Positions 12,838 to 28,500 of a stretch of 64,000 nucleotides of DNA are shown here, one piece after another. The stretch lies in assembly GCA_040954595.2 (NCBI GenBank), contig CM082582.2, forward strand, positions 12,731,777-12,795,776. Direction: 5' to 3'. The stretch's first letter is position 1, and each line of letters begins with the position of its first letter. Both the position numbers and the translations under genes were made by a program. The notes below the pieces were generated by a model. The model was not told where the DNA came from. It saw nothing but the letters and a program-made list of their open reading frames with translations, and made no database searches. Origin of the DNA: Balanoglossus misakiensis. Lineage: Eukaryota; Animalia; Hemichordata.

Positions 12838-13300
12838 AGTAATCCTTTACGGAAGAAGCTCTCTATTTTTGATCACATTGTTCAACCGTGTGAGCTTATA
12901 CGTCTGTCTGTCTGTCTGTCTCTGTGTATGTGTGTGTCATCAAAAACAGCTATCTCAAAAACAGCTAATCATATATGGCCAAAATTTGGTGAACATATTT
13001 TGAGTATCGGTACCAAGAACTGATAAGATTTTGGTTGGCATGGTATATTTAGCTTTATCTGGTTGCTATTTGATCACCACTTTTTTTCACTTTCAATATG
13101 TGGTGCAACATTATCATCATTTTCAATAATTTTCCCATTTTTTTCTCTTAATTCTAGACCAAGAATATTATTTTACATTGTCTGCATGTGCAGGTCTTCA
13201 TCAAAATTTTAGCAAAAAAGAAATATTTCAAAAATATTAATTTTGTGAAAAATGACGAGTCGACTACATTGTGGAAATTGCAGAGCAGGACTTCAGTCTG
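12838..13300. mobile_element. Probable non-autonomous DINE-1/HINE (Helentron-associated)-like element; boundaries approximate
   Basis: (GTCT)n/(TG)n microsatellite at ~12902-12938, followed by a core ..CTATCTCAAAAACAGC..CCAAAATTTGGTG..GATTTTGG. This layout is typical of invertebrate DINE-1/HINE-type elements. Termini not resolved. Confidence 0.45.
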
Positions 13301-16300
13301 TTGCAAGAGATGGTCGATCAGTGATGCCAAAAATAAAAATTACACTCAAAATATCATTTATGGTTATAGCATACTTTAAATACTAACTCTACATTGAGTA
13401 GGTATGATATTCTCATACAAATAAATGAAAAACAAATAATAAAAAATTAAAATGCAGGGTAAGTCACGAGATAGCAGTACTAAAATACACATGGATGAGT
13501 ACATACATGTTTATGCAAATACATTTTAGCTGTTCTGGCAGTTCGACACAATTCCAGATCAAGATGGTGGATTTTGAATTATATATGTTTTGTAATTTAA
13601 GAAAACTATCATGGTTTTTGGGAGAATCTTATATTTGGGTAGAGTTAAGGAAATTAATTATACAATTGTTTTGAGATTTAAGTAAATATTGGGAAACTCT
13701 TCAAGAATAAAATACTACACGTAGTAATCATATTATATGTTCAAAGCTGTGTTTTTTTAGAGATGATTGTTTTTCAGGGTACTGTATTTACCAGTTTAGC
13801 TGTGAAAAAGCATTCTATTGTTGATGTTTGAAGAGCGAATAAAAGACGTACACTGCCATTTGTGAATACAAAAGAAATCGGCCTTTGACTGCCACAGGAG
13901 AAAACAACTAGTCCCTGACCTTTAACCCGAATTGTGCAGTATTGAGCAAACTTAATATTACACTTTGTGGACCTGTGTATATTCATATTAAAATGTGTTG
14001 TGTCAGTGCATTTTGTCTTGTTGGACTGTGTGTTGAGATAGTATGCTTTGGCTTATCTGCACCTATGACATGGCAATTGTTATCAACACGCGTCTCATGA
14101 TTAAGGTGGTATCTGACAATTTATACTTCTGCCCTGAAACAAGTTTGGTCCACTTATATAAGTGGGTCAGGTCAATGTACACTATGTTGGGCTCTGATAC
14201 ATTTCTGGCCGGGACTTGGCGGGTTGCCGGAACTGCTCATGTGACATTTGCATTTATCAACAGGCCATCAGCATTGTTCCCACTGTTCAAGGACACCCTG
14301 CCAATCAATATGTTATATCGAAGTAATGTAGAATGTGAAAAAAATGTGTTGTTTATCATGATGCAGTGTAATACAAAGTAACAACCTTGCTTCTGGTATT
14401 TTCCATGATGTACATTGCAGCAGGTACATACTACGCCTACTTCAACTTGCCAGCTATCTTGTCATATGGGATATGCAGAATGGAAAATGTTCATATTGGC
14501 GAAATTTTGGAAGGGGATGACAGAACATACATCAAGCTGAAGCCTTTCAGTTTTTAAATAGTTTCTTTTTTTTATTGATCTACAAACATGCTTTAATTGG
14601 ACAACCGAAGATATATCTGAATGGAATAAAATAAACATTGTCAGCGATTCATATGTACACACACTAAAAATGAAACTATTGAAATATTTCCCTCAAAGGG
14701 AAAGAGACAAACATGACTGATTTAGTGTGAGTACATTCTCCAACACAGAAAAGTGAGCTCTTTCCAGTACAAGTTGTTCTTTTCAAATGATAATCAACGG
14801 AAACATAACATCACAGAACATACAGCTTTTTTCTAAACACAAAAGTTTTCTTAAAATGCTTAAAAACTGGAAGGCTAAAAAAGTTATTTCTGGAGCTAGT
14901 AATCAATAAAACAAGCCTAAAAAGAGCCAGCATGTTCCAAACTAAACTATGATGAAAACTGACTTATGCTAAAATTATACATATTTACAAATGTGCACAA
15001 AGCACCGTAAAATTGACCTTGAACACATGATTTGTTAATGACCAATTGGAATTCATTGGCTAGACCATTCTCATGAAGGGGTTGCACCACTCAGTAACTC
15101 AGCCATTCTTTCAAATCATCAACATCATCATCCCATATAATCCAGTTTTAAAAGTGTTTGTCCTTTTCATTTCCAAGTTGGTTTCTGCAGTGGATAAGTT
15201 CCATTTATATATAATACACTGACAATAACCAAAGTATTTCATTTCTACAAATGGAACAAACCAGACCAAAAAAACCCTCTCACAAACATCAAATAGGGAA
15301 AATGCTGTGTTTTTAACATTCTGAGAATTAAGAGACTGAGTAATCAATGCTTAAAGACAGAGGAACACAGGATTGCACAAACATACAAAATGAGAAAAAA
15401 AAAGTTTTGCTCTTTTTGTTTTTTTTGTCTATAAACATTTTTTTAAAGTTTCTTCTAGTACTTTACAAGTTTATATTTTTTCATAGTTCTCCCATTTTTT
15501 TCAAATCTAGTAATTCAAAAATTACATTTACAAAATCCTATTTCTGTAGCACTATCTAAAACATCTTGTATTCTCTAATACATCTATTAAGATTCACAGT
15601 TCAATATACACTTCTCAGACCTTCCCTGCTTTAGATGTGCCCTTTTTGTTTTGGGCACCACATACTGGCCATATCTGGAGAAATGAGTTGAACTGTGAAC
15701 AGACGACAATATACTTTGGAGGAGAGAATGTCAAAGGTGTCACAAACTCTTCCTTATACACCCCCCCCCCCTTCTTCTCCGTTCTCCACACCATTCGCGA
15801 TCGAATGCTTGTTCTGGTCATCGACACATTTGACCTTTGACATGATTGACCTGTGCTTTTGACAAACAACCTGTGTTTACAAAACTGCTGATATGCTGCC
15901 ATATACCACGGTTACTAGTGCATATACTAACTTTTTTGTTTCATGATTCTGATCAGTCATCAGTTTTGAATAACAGCCTACACTTTCAGGAGAAATGGAA
16001 AATGATATCTCCAAAGTAACACTCAATCTATTTCAGTGATGGCACCAAAACCACAAGTTTTAAAATTATTTCATGCAGCCACATGTACAGTCTTTTCTGT
16101 AACAGACGCTGTGAATAAAAAAACGTTATGCAACACGTTGAGTCTTCGAGATTTGTGAAATTTCAAATGCTAATCTATTTTTCACAAAGCAGCTGCTGTT
16201 CCAACTTTATCTCGTGCATAAAAAATGCAGCAGCATCATTAAAACAGTTTAGAGCAAAAATCAAAATATAGGCAAAATGTTGACATTATTTCTTGGAAAC

Positions 16301-16534
16301 AAGTCTTAACATGATTGACAGGGCCCATAAAAATATTCTCTGCAAAAATAAATAAGAATCACTCATATAAGCAGAAATGTAAAATCACTTCAAATATGTG
16401 TGGGCTAAAAACACAGCCTGAAATTTCACAAACTGATGCCAATTCATGATTTATTTCATAAAATCTTCACTAGTAAAAGAGGGAGATCTTCAGTTCCGTC
16501 AAAGCAGTGAAACACAAATTCGCGTGGAATGTCT

Positions 16535-19500
16535 TCAATGTCCAGAAGACGCTGCCTGACGGTCAGAGTTGACATCATTCAGGCGACGGATAAGGTTCTT
16601 GTTGTTTTCAGTGCAGAGCTTCTTGGCTGGACTTTGATTGTCATCCTCTTCTAGAAGGATCTGCCGTTTGCCGATTCGAGGCTCACCTGACTTGATCATG
16701 TTATTTATATCTCTAAGATTCTGTAAAGAGAGAAGGTGAACTATTTGTTGCCTTTCAATGATACACGTCTTCAAAAGTTGTCACTATATTCCAAGAGGGC
16801 CTGTTATACCATGGGTACACTGCTAGAGGGCGCTGTAATGATTTGAAGGTCAGGATACCTAACTGTGTGACTTGTGGTCACATTCATGAATAAGACATTT
16901 GAAGAGTGAAATTTGAATGAACTGAATTACCTTTGCAGGACTTCGACTGAAGCAATACATCATACCACTTGATGGACTTAAAGGTGTACTGTTCTTGCGA
17001 GGTGAAATGTAGACAGAGTGTCGACTTGAGACTCTCCTTGGAGACACAGGATGCGTCTTGACCATCGGTAGCGGTGACAGTGGTGGGGCCTCAAGATTGC
17101 TCTCTGCACCGTTCTGCTGACCAGAAAACCTAAGAGCAAAGGTCTGAAGTTTTCGGACATAAATCTGGAAAGAGAAAGCCAGGAGAAAAAAAGTTAATGT
17201 CGATTAAAAAGTAAGAACATGGAATAGGGAGAGAGGATAGGAAAGGGAAGAGGGGAAAATAAAAATGGACGTACTGAGTTGTAAAACTTGATAAGATCTC
17301 CCCTGTCTTCATCTTCAAAACTAGAACCAGTTCCAGCTAGTCTAGTCGGCGTTGGTGGAGCGCTGTTTGGTTGAGGTACGGGCAGTGTACTCGTCGACCG
17401 GATCTGAACGGGACTTCCAGAGCCATTTCCAGCTGAGAACAGAAAGGATAAAGAAACCTTGACACGTGACTATTTCATGTCGTCAATACTGTTTCAGTAA
17501 GGGGCCTTGTTTCTGCCACTTAGTAAAGAGGAGGCTGTGTGTCACCAGTATGGTCACAACACCAAAATGTGAACAGCCCCCTCTTCCTCACCATCAATAA
17601 TCACCGCAACCTTTCATGCCGATGTCTGCTTACCCGCGTGAACCGGAGAACCATGGCGACTGGCGCCATTTCGACCACTTCCATCACTGCTGTTCGAACT
17701 ATGCCGACGCCGACTCTTGAGGAGGACACTTCGATAAACGTGGCTCGCGGCTTGTGGCTGAAGACGGTAACACCTCATGATTTCTTGGAATGTTCTGTCT
17801 TGAGCCGTCACCTAGGAAACAGAATGATTTGGGTAAGAGCAAAAAGATGAAGAAGGTTGGTATTACCACAAAAGCAAGTCAACTGACAGACTTGTGATTA
17901 GAAATATTTCCAGCATCAGGGACTGTATCTACATTGACTTCTTTGTTGCTGCTTTAGAAAATGTAATAATTTTCCCCCTTACCTTGGCAATGACATAGAC
18001 CGAACACATGATGAGCTGGTCCAGATGTCGGTCAACCATCATCTGAATACTGCTAATGAGTGAATGTTCGAAACACGTCCATATCTTCCGCCGCAGTTCC
18101 TCGCCAATTTCTAACCTGTTACAGAGATCAAGTAGCCTCACATTGGCAAGATGATATACCTAGAAAAAAAACACAGGAAAACTGAATGAAAAATCTACAA
18201 ATGGAGCTGGGGTGGCATAGCTCTTGCAGAATAGATATTATGCCCCAAGTATCCTGAATTTTGACCTATGACCCAAAACTCTCATGTTTAAAACATGACA
18301 AAGTTTATATGGTAGAACTCTACAGACAAGATTAACACTCGGCTGATAAAATATGTCACATGGCATTGTCCTATAACTTGACCATCAGAGTCTGTGATCA
18401 CATACCTTCCTGAAGAAAAGACCAAGTGATCCTGTCCTTTTTGGCTTTTGTGGCACTTGTTTGTTGTTGGGCGGTGATTTGACCGGTGACGTCAACTGTA
18501 CAGATGCTGTGGTTGCCAGTGGTACTGCAACATACGTAATAGTTCCATTCTCATTCTGTACACCTGAATCATAGACATTTAAAGTGATGTTATAACGCTA
18601 TCTTCAAGATAAACCATCTTTCATCTTCAGATTAAATTGCAAAGCATTTAGAACACGAATGGGCCAGAAAAAGCAGTTGTACGACCAGAAAGTAAATGAA
18701 ACGGCATGTTTTAAAACTTAGATACCTTGCACAGGGATGACTGTTTGGCCGACGCCTGCGACACTTTGAGCAATGGCGGCCGCCGCGGCTGCATTTGCAT
18801 TGATCTGTCCAGCTGCCTGTGAGGGCGCTGCAGGGGGATCACTACTCTGTGATGCATTGCTGCTGCAACCAGACGTGAAGAGTCGTCTCCTCGTGTTGCC
18901 TGGTTGCGGTGAACTAAACCTGTCGTGGGCAGACATTGGTGACTGTGGTGGGATGTCTGCAAAGCAAGGAAAATGTTGGGGTCAGTAAAAACTCATGCTG
19001 ATGCCCTGCCACATCCTTAATTGAACAACACTGAGGAAATGATTTAACCAATCTCTTCCGACATGTGTATTGCAAAGTACACAGGAAGTTACCATGCAAC
19101 ATACGTGTACATACAAACTGAAAAAATAGCTTCAAATCAATGCTGTTTCTGCTGTCTCAGTTCCCCTTCAGATGATTTCAGGCCTTTCAGTTCACAGTTA
19201 GAGATTACTCACATAACACTCTTTCCACAAGCTGTTTGTTTGTTGACATACCTTTCCTCAAAGCATCCCCGGCCAGTCTCTTCACCCTGGGATGCATCAA
19301 GGGAGACCCCATCACTTGCTGTGCATTGTGGGTAGGCTGGTTCTGGCTCAGTCCATTATCCGTTTGGTGGGGGAGGGTGACCTCCTCACAAGTGGGAACC
19401 CCCTGACCGCAATCTTTCACTGCATCCCACAATGGCGACTCTTGTCTCCAGGCCAGACTCTCCAGAATCTGCTCCTCAATCTGTCACATTGTGTCAAAAT

Positions 19501-22500
19501 AACAAAGATGACGTTTCAATATCAAGAAGGACTTGAACAACTTTTGAAGTAGACATTAGTTATTTCCTAAGAGTTCTCTTCCTAAGACCTCTGGTTATAC
19601 TGCAGAAGAGTCAACAGCAACTATTAGTCTAACGAAATTCTACGTTGGCTAATACTGAATAACAGGAGTCAGAATATAGCCAGTTTGATTAAAAGCAGAG
19701 CCCATTAAAAGCCATCGTGCATACACAACATTTCAGGAATGGTTTTTCAAAATATCCAAAATTCCACTCACGTGGTTGAGGTGCTTGACAACATCTCTTG
19801 AAAGTCCATCTTCCGCTCGGATTAATAATTCTATAACTTTATAGAAATGATAGGAGGACAGGTCGTAAATGTCGATCACCCAGGGGAATGTTCTGTAACA
19901 CAGAGGAGAAATAAAGATGATTACATCAGATTGGAGATGAAGATCTCAAACAGGGATGAAAAGCAATGATGAGGACAGATTATATTACATCCTGTGGCTG
20001 CACTGTCGTATCTTGGCAACTGTGAAGCAGAGATAAAAGTGCATCTACTCAAATTTCATTTTTGAAAATCATAAGAGCGGAAATGCTATTGTGTGTTGGA
20101 CCATGAAAAAAAGTTCTCACCTTTGAGAATTGTACGAAAATATAACCACTTCAAGACAGCATGCAAAAAGTGATTTGTGGAAAAGGTCATGTTCCAACAG
20201 ACTCTGCAGAAAAACAAGAGAACGAATTAGTGTTTAAAACAACTGCGGACAAAATCTGTCACAAAACTGCACACATAATTACCATCTCATTCAGAATACT
20301 GTGAAGACTGATCAAAATCGCAGCAGACAAAATACACTCACCGTGAGATCAAATTTCATTCCCAGACGTTTCTTTTCCTGTTTCATGATATTTTCCAGCG
20401 CTTTGTAGTAAAGGCTCTCAGCCATACACAATCTCCTTTTCGCAAAGTCTATGTGAGAACCTGGAAGATCGTCTGACGGCTGCGCATATTTCTCACAGAA
20501 TATCTCGCCGATTTCTTTCACCCTGTTTGTGACAGTCTCTTGAGGGTTTTTACTACATTCCTTGAAAAGCGAAACTAGCGTTTCACTGGGACCGAGTTTG
20601 TGGCCTCCCAGAAGAGCTTGCAAACGGCTGACGCTCTGTGTTGCCGTAGAAACGGGTGTAACTGTTGGGTCTTTCTCCTTTAAGTATCTCCTGCCAGTCA
20701 GTGGCGTAGAGGGCGCCAGACTCCTCGTCTACAAAAACAATATAATTACCAATGATTAGCTGATAAGCAATGAAATGTGAACATAGAGTTTTGTGGCAAA
20801 TTTTGATGTAAATTTGACACGACAGGACGAGACCTCACCTGATCAAAATGCTGCTGTAGGTTACGTTTCACTTGCATCTTTTCCGAAAGATTTCCTGTTT
20901 CCGTGACAACAGTTGATTTGGCCGGAGTTCCTATTTCCTCGTCCGCATCAGCACCCAGAAAAATTCTTTCATCAAAGTCTCCTTTTGTCAGCACGAATTC
21001 TTCATATTCTTTATTTACACTTTTACTGTAAAAATGACATAAAATCGTGAGTGAATGACATCTTTTAGTCAGCCCCCAAAACAAGCCACGGTTCTCTTTT
21101 CAGGATCAGACACCATTTTTCAAAACAAATGAAATTACACAATAAAATCAAAAGGAATTAATAAATAACACTTACTTGTTTGGCTCAAAGTTATTTACAT
21201 CTAGAAGTCCTGACAGCGTCTCTGATTTTCCTTTTAAAATCTGTAACAGAGATTGATAAACATGATGACATCTTTTTCATAAAACGTGCATAAAAATACT
21301 TTTCTGTCCCAGATTGTACTCATGCATCAGTTTGTACAAAGGCTGTACATGTAATTATGAATTTTGTTTATTATCACACTTACCCTGCTGTCAAACAATT
21401 TCTTGATGTAAGGCTTGAACCAGTGTTCCTTGATTCCTTTGGCTTCGATGACAAGTCCGTCGTGTAGATCACAGAGTTTTTCGATGATACAGATTGGCTG
21501 TTGAGGAGCTTTGTAGTCTTTGTTGCAGAAGTTGGTAGGCAGGCCTGGACATACAACAAGACAAAGAAAACAAAAACAAACATTGGTCTGCTGTGTGAGT
21601 TGATACCAGCACAGGGATAAAAACTGCAAGAAGCACAGAAAGAGCGTACCACTCACACACTGACATCGGATGATTTTTCATCACTGGTCTCTATAGCAAC
21701 CGAACGGGGGAGCAGGAGATTTCCTCACATCTTAGTGCGTGTCAAACCATCATTTGGAAGGATGAGGCTGATTATGTTAATTCTGTTATATGAAATTTGA
21801 ATGTATGTCCCAGTCATGACAGGAAGTGGGCTTTCATTGCTTGAGGTCACAACATGGTATTTCGTGACTGACTGTTTCAATATTGCAATTTCACCTTCAC
21901 ATTTTGATTTATTTTTAGCTCCCTCTTCATAAAAATCAATTGATCACCCAATTTCACACTCACTGCACCACGATTGCAGGTCCTTACCGTGAAATCCCAC
22001 CTTCAGGAGGTCACGACGGTTGGCAAGAAGGGCATTCGTGAATATCAGATCTAAGCAGCAGAGTAGAAGATGGTATGAGTTCACCAGGTCGTCGCTGATT
22101 GCTGGAAAATTACCTGCAGAAATAAAACACATTCAAATTCAAATTTCTGTTTTCTTTTACATGACACAACACAGCAACACTTTTTGCATTTCTTACGATT
22201 TCTGGACCCAGAAGGACATTAACAAGAGCAGTGTGATCTTGATCTAAGCAGAACCCATTCCCAAGTGCCCAATTAAAAAACAGAAATCAAATTACACCCT
22301 GACAACATGCAAGATGCCGACAACGCATAAATTCAGTAACTCTAGGTGATGTAAATCAAGTATGCCTAAATAGGCCTTGTTAAATTTTCAATTCATGACG
22401 ATCTCGGGGGCCAGTTGAAACTGCAGTGTTTTCTACATTCGAATTTTTCTTGCTAAGTGTGGATTTGGAAATGACTGCAATGCTGTTTACGTGGACAGCC

Positions 22501-25500
22501 TCGAGTTCAAAGTGGTTTTACCAGAAATTATTTTTTGCTATTTTTGGGTCTGGTTATCAAGTTTCAAGTTGTACTCTTTGAAGGATTGTCAGCCATTGAA
22601 ATTCAACACTGAGAGAAACCTAGCCATCTATAACAAGTCAAAACAAATTGAAAGTCAAAGTCTGAAATATTACTGACACTCTCATCACCTCGGCAACTAC
22701 GGTACCCACAGGAGACTCTAGGGAATATGAGGACAACCTGTTTTTGACAAACAGTCTGTCTACAAGGATGTGAACACACTTTGTCAACTCAACCGGCAAA
22801 ATGATCCACACTTACGGTAAATGTCAAAGGAGCAAAAACAGAAAAGGTTGAAAAATAAAACCTATGTGGGGTCCGAAATAAGGCAAAATACCTTACAGGA
22901 AAAATCAGAATGGTCAGCCTTTGCAAGTCACTGTTGAAGCATTCACTACTAGACTATGACATGGCGGATTGCAAAAATGAAATGATGCATAATTTATGAA
23001 GTAGCGTAGGCCGGTGCAACGGTCCACCCCAAGACAATATAACCGAAAACAAAGAGAAGAATTGGTGAACAGTAAGTGCTTATAAAGGTACGGCAAAGCA
23101 GATCAATGGAATTAGCTGTCAATTGTCAGATGACAAGGCTGTACTACCAACTGGGATGTGACATCATACTCTATGATTTTAAATAGAGTTCAACAATTCT
23201 CAAAATTGTAGTTAACATGAAAACTGGAAGAAAAATGAAAATACATTGAACTACATCAGAATTCCTTCTTAAACACTTACAATGACATGACACAGACTTC
23301 TATCCATTGCAGTCATTGTATGTTAATTTACAAATCATAATTATGTAGAAAGTGCATAGACCTACATGGTTACCACGGTGACAGCAGTCTTACTATTTTG
23401 TACGGCAAATCGATACCTGCAGACAGCTCAGTAGGGGAAAAATATCAAGGTGACCCTTCAATTATCATAATTAAGGCCATTGAAAATGGATTTAGCAGAG
23501 TTAATTTATTTTCATCAATAATCACTCAAGTTGCTTTTTGGTGTTTGAACAGTAACAATAAGCAACTCCATTAATGTGTATATTTCATGCAAGGTCATTT
23601 CTATGGTCTATAATGCTCCAATGCAGCAAGTTTTGGAGTGGTTGGACATCCTAATTCAATATATTTTTTTATGCAAAGAGAATGAAATAATAACCTGTTG
23701 ATTTTTATACAGCTTCACATACAAACTTTTATTCAAACCAACTGTATTTTCATTATCTGATGGTGAGTGTCGCTGACTTTATTCAAACATACGAACAAAG
23801 AAAAACCTGCAGCAGTTTGGAAAAACAAAATCAGTGACCCAAATTCTGCACTCAGACAATCTCACGTGTCAGACTAAGAGACCAGCCGAGCCCCCGAGGA
23901 ATTCCGTGGGTGACGGGGACAAGTTTCAACATGAAAATGACCTACACCCTGGGTCACCGGAAAATAAAACGATCTGAAACTCTAGTAAAATAAATGATTG
24001 ACTTTGGTAAAATATTACAACATATGAAAAATCGGATGGAAACACAAGTTTTGAAGGGAAAAATCAAGAATTTGCTAATAATATACCCAATAAATCAAAT
24101 TTGACATATTTAACATTCTTGGGTCAGAAATCGATCCCAGACAGTTACTACATGGTTATGAGACTGCAGTAATTTTTTTTCATGGAAGTATGCTATAAAT
24201 CACTTCACATAAGATGACAACTTGTTAATCTCGACTTTACAGGTGAAAAAGAAGTTTTGCTTACCAATTTTTCCCCACAGAAGCCACCAAAAACAAAATT
24301 GAAACTTGAGACAGTCTACTACTGGTAGTATTAAAAGACACAAACTGTAAGCAAAGGTGGGTTTTAAAGACCCAGTGTGTAGGGGGGTTCCCCCCTTGAT
24401 TCAAATTCCAGTGAGCATGCTCAGTAAATGAATAAGCGTTATATTTAGCATGTTGTCAATTTCATCTCGTGTTGCTATTGGTCAGTATGTGCAATTCAGA
24501 GAACAGCTGTCACATTTATCATTGGGCGTTACCGTGGGCGATTTTTTCAGTCGGTATTTAATACTACTTCTTTTTACCAAACTGGTATCCTTACTGTCTA
24601 TAAAAGTACATGCAATGCCTGGGTTTTTTTCTGAGTTAAGTCAAATTTAGCAAAGTTTTGATGGTTAGAGGCAAGCTGCATAAAATTAACATTTTGGTCA
24701 TTTCTTGTCAAAATATAAGTTTGTCATTTTAGAGATTACAAATCTTGTCAAAAGTCTGTACTTTTGCCAATCAAGTGCCTATGTTTCTTACAAAGTTGTG
24801 TGAAGTTTCTTCAAAGAATTTTTCACCATTTTGTCTTTCTTTTTCGCTCTCTGAAGAATTTACGGCTTGGTGGAACTATCAGGTACACTCCTATAATTTT
24901 TATGTCCTTCAATAACAACTGTAGCCTTTGTACAGGAAAAAGAAGCACACTGGCTGTCACAAACAGTAAAATGGAAGAGCACACATGAAATAGCGGTACG
25001 AGGCAAAAAAAACATCCTCCATTCAGGAGGTGAAAAGTCACTGGTGTGTTTATGAAAGACACAGTTACCGTACTTGTCTGGACACGAAGTTTAAAAAGAC
25101 ACGGTGCTTATTACCTTTCCGATGCCCGGAAGCGCAAGACACTGTCCGTGTTCTTGAAGATCTTATGGAGACGCACACTTCAAGGCTGACAAGACAAGTC
25201 TGGACATGTTCCACCACCACGCAAACCCTATCTCAGTCTCGATTCAGCCAGAATAACTAAATAGTTCCGGGGGGCTGTTTATTGGTCTATCCCAGTCAAT
25301 TGTCATGAAAGGCGGCCCGGCCAATAATAGTAATTAGCATATCGCTAACCTGGACTGGAAACAATACCATTCAGACAGACTACTCTCTGGGTTATATCCA
25401 GAGTTCTACATGAAAACTATTTCATCCATAAAAAAAACACCACATGGCCACCTGAAAGCATGGGCAAAAATTCCCAGCTGCCTGTCACACCCCTATATAA

Positions 25501-28500
25501 TTGGTTACAAGACTGTTAACACAAACCAGGCTCTTGGTTTCAACTGAAAAACAGGCAGTACCCTCGTCTGAAAAATCAATTCCTGGTTATTAGTCTTGCA
25601 AGGAACAAATACACTTCAATGTGACTTGAACAAAAGAACAGTCACGCAGAATTTTCACAACTGAAATGATGAATTGTTAATTTGACAAACTGTATGGATT
25701 TTTAACCAGATAAGGGTTTACCACTAAAAATTATAAAATGTCTTCAAAAGTTGTTTCCCTCTCTAAACAACCAAAATATCGAATATGTCTCACCTTTGAC
25801 TTGTACAAACAGAGTCCAACAGAACACAAAGACGTCAGATGAGTTGCATGGTAGTCTCCTGTTGAGTAAAAAAACACAGATATATTAAGACAAAAATCCC
25901 AGTCAGCCATATTAGTTACACCGGGGCAGACGATGCTTGAATCAGGTATATGGATGGCACACAACAGCCTCGAGGATCACACTACCTGATTTTTTTTAAT
26001 ACAGACAGATCGAGTCAGCTCATATCCATCCCACTGGAATAACCTCCAAGGGTTAACTGTAATTCTGTGGGCAACCACGAAGATTCTTGAGGACGAATAG
26101 ACTAAGAGTTGCTGATCTGTCTTGAAACCGAGATGTCTGTATTGTCAACTCTGAACTCTGACCCAATCTGGATGATGACTGGACTGACCTGTCCATGTTT
26201 CTTTTTAAACATTTCAAAAAAAATTGAATGAGAAGACACCTAAGAAATCATGGCCAATTTGTCTTTAGAGAACTGTCATCCGATTTTTTGTTGTAAGTAC
26301 ATGTAGAGGTACCAGCAGAACGTCAGAGGAAAATAAACATCCAAGGGACAGACATCACTGAATCATGAAATAAGGACAGTATGCATATAAAGTTACATAT
26401 CAATTACAAAAAATTCTAGGAATGGAATAAGAAAATTTTGTTGTAAGAGAAAAATTCTGTCGTTACGGAAACACACATCACTTTGAATTTTAATATTGAA
26501 CCATGGTGCTCCATCAAATCCATTTATTTTTGTTCTCCAGCTTTTGTAGTTGGTAATTTTGTTGAAAGGTCATCCATGCTGTTTTCCGATTACACCTTGA
26601 TTTATGAAGCAGACTATATAACCGTAAACTCTGTTTGCAATCATTAGAAATATATGTCACATAAACCTTTCTGAATTCCTTCCATAGGACAAAACCATGC
26701 AGAATTGATATACAATTTTCATTTCAGCACTAGCCATCTTTTACAATGTCCGAATTCCTTATAAAGCAGTTTGATTTCAATTTGTGGAGCTGACGGACTC
26801 GCAAGCAGATAAGATGATGTCAGAAACATATGGCTCTGGTGTCCATAGCAACAGTTTGAAATCTGACGAGTTTTTTTAACCTTATCATAATACATCTTAT
26901 CATACTTATTTTGTCCAATCAGACATGTCACATTAACAAATGACAGATTATAAATCTTCCACTCATTATCCTAATTCTTTGTCGTTTACTCTCCTAGTTT
27001 TCAATATTGCAGCTTGATACTCCACAATCAGCAATCTTTCATCACTGCACAAACCCTGCCACAACATGCACCTGACACGATACAGCAGCCAGGGCAATGA
27101 AACCCAAGACTAAAACGATGGTGGTCCAACAGGTCTGTCTGCAAGTGTGAGAACAGAGGCCATGAATGCAAGCCCCAGTCTCGCATCAATATTTCTAACG
27201 AAGAAGACGATAAGAACCGGACTAATTAATTAGCTGATCTACAGATGTATGTGGCTTGGCCATCATCCTACTGGGAGACATGAACATGTTAACTTTCCAT
27301 CTCAACATGTCTGACACCGATGTCTGTATACGATTTATAGACCTGTTTTGTTGACCTTTAAAGGTTACACCGGATAAAACTCACAATTATGTTCCCCCGA
27401 CATGACTGAAGTTACATTCCACAGTGATGATTGTGGCACACCACTTCTTTTATTAAGTATTTTTTTCTTTTTCAGGAATAACACGATTGTCAAAATCATA
27501 TTTGTATCTGTACTGATTATCCAAACCAGTCAGTACAAGATCTGCTGTGTAACTCTTTGAACCTTGACCTCCAGGGTGACATCATAGAGAGGTTACCCCA
27601 GTGCAGCGTATTGTATGGGTTTTGCCCTTCAGACCACGAATGATGGGCAGTGAATGACAAGACAGCAATTTATCAAGTAAAGCTGAATGGATAAAAAATC
27701 CCAGCATAATAATAAGTGGTAATTTTGTTCTGGCATAAACCTTTCTCCCTTTGTTTAACATTCTTAAAGCCTAAAGGACACCTAATGGCAATTTCTCTAA
27801 TCAGGATAATTAGCTTTCACCTGAAATTATGAAGGCATGAATAGCTGAGATATAAGGCATGTCACGTAAAAAGTGACAAACGCGAATTTGCCAATCCATT
27901 TCAGACTTTCCTCCCTTTTCAGGGCAACAGATCTCCATGGCAACCGATCACAGAGGCATGAAGCAAGGCATTTCCACGCATGTAACCAGAGAGACAGCAC
28001 ACTCCAAAAGAAGATCACAGAGATGAGAGAAACACTAACATGGGGGTGTTTATGCACTTGCCCAGGGACCACCTGCACAGGTCAAAGTTCACCATTTTTT
28101 AAAGATCATTACATGTACATTGTATGAATGAAATGAACCAACAGATATCTCATAGGATATTTGATTATATTTTAAAGTAAATATTGTAAGCTATCTATAT
28201 TTTTTTTCTTATGCTTCCAGCAACATTATTCCCACATGTCGTCAACAAGACATGTTTATATCTGTATGAACCTCTGCTATTATTGAAAAATTAAATGCAT
28301 TCACGTCCAGACTTGAATACAAATTTTGAACAATAATAAAACACATGGACTACTCTGAGCAGATTGCTTTAGGGAGTTGGTAAAGACAGTTGACAATGTG
28401 TAGACCAGCAATAAAAGGCAGTAACCACACCTTGGGTTAATTTTGAGCTATTTAAAATTTAAATGACCCACCTCTGTTTGCGACCCCTTGGATGGCGAGG

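Noticed and set aside
13400-16500. Short ORFs between the aldolase and RBL genes, and similar 60-130 aa ORFs in 30600-33100 and 52400-54600
   Set aside because: AT-rich probable 3' UTR or intergenic DNA with no recognisable domains or exon structure.
18718-18725. GTATCT donor as a possible U12-type intron
   Set aside because: It does not match the U12 consensus GTATCCTT, so it is treated as an ordinary U2 donor.
25115-25340. Possible alternative RBL exon or internal promoter (donor AAG|GTAAT, CCAAT and octamer-like words)
   Set aside because: No in-frame ATG and no clear acceptor; short motifs of this kind are expected by chance.
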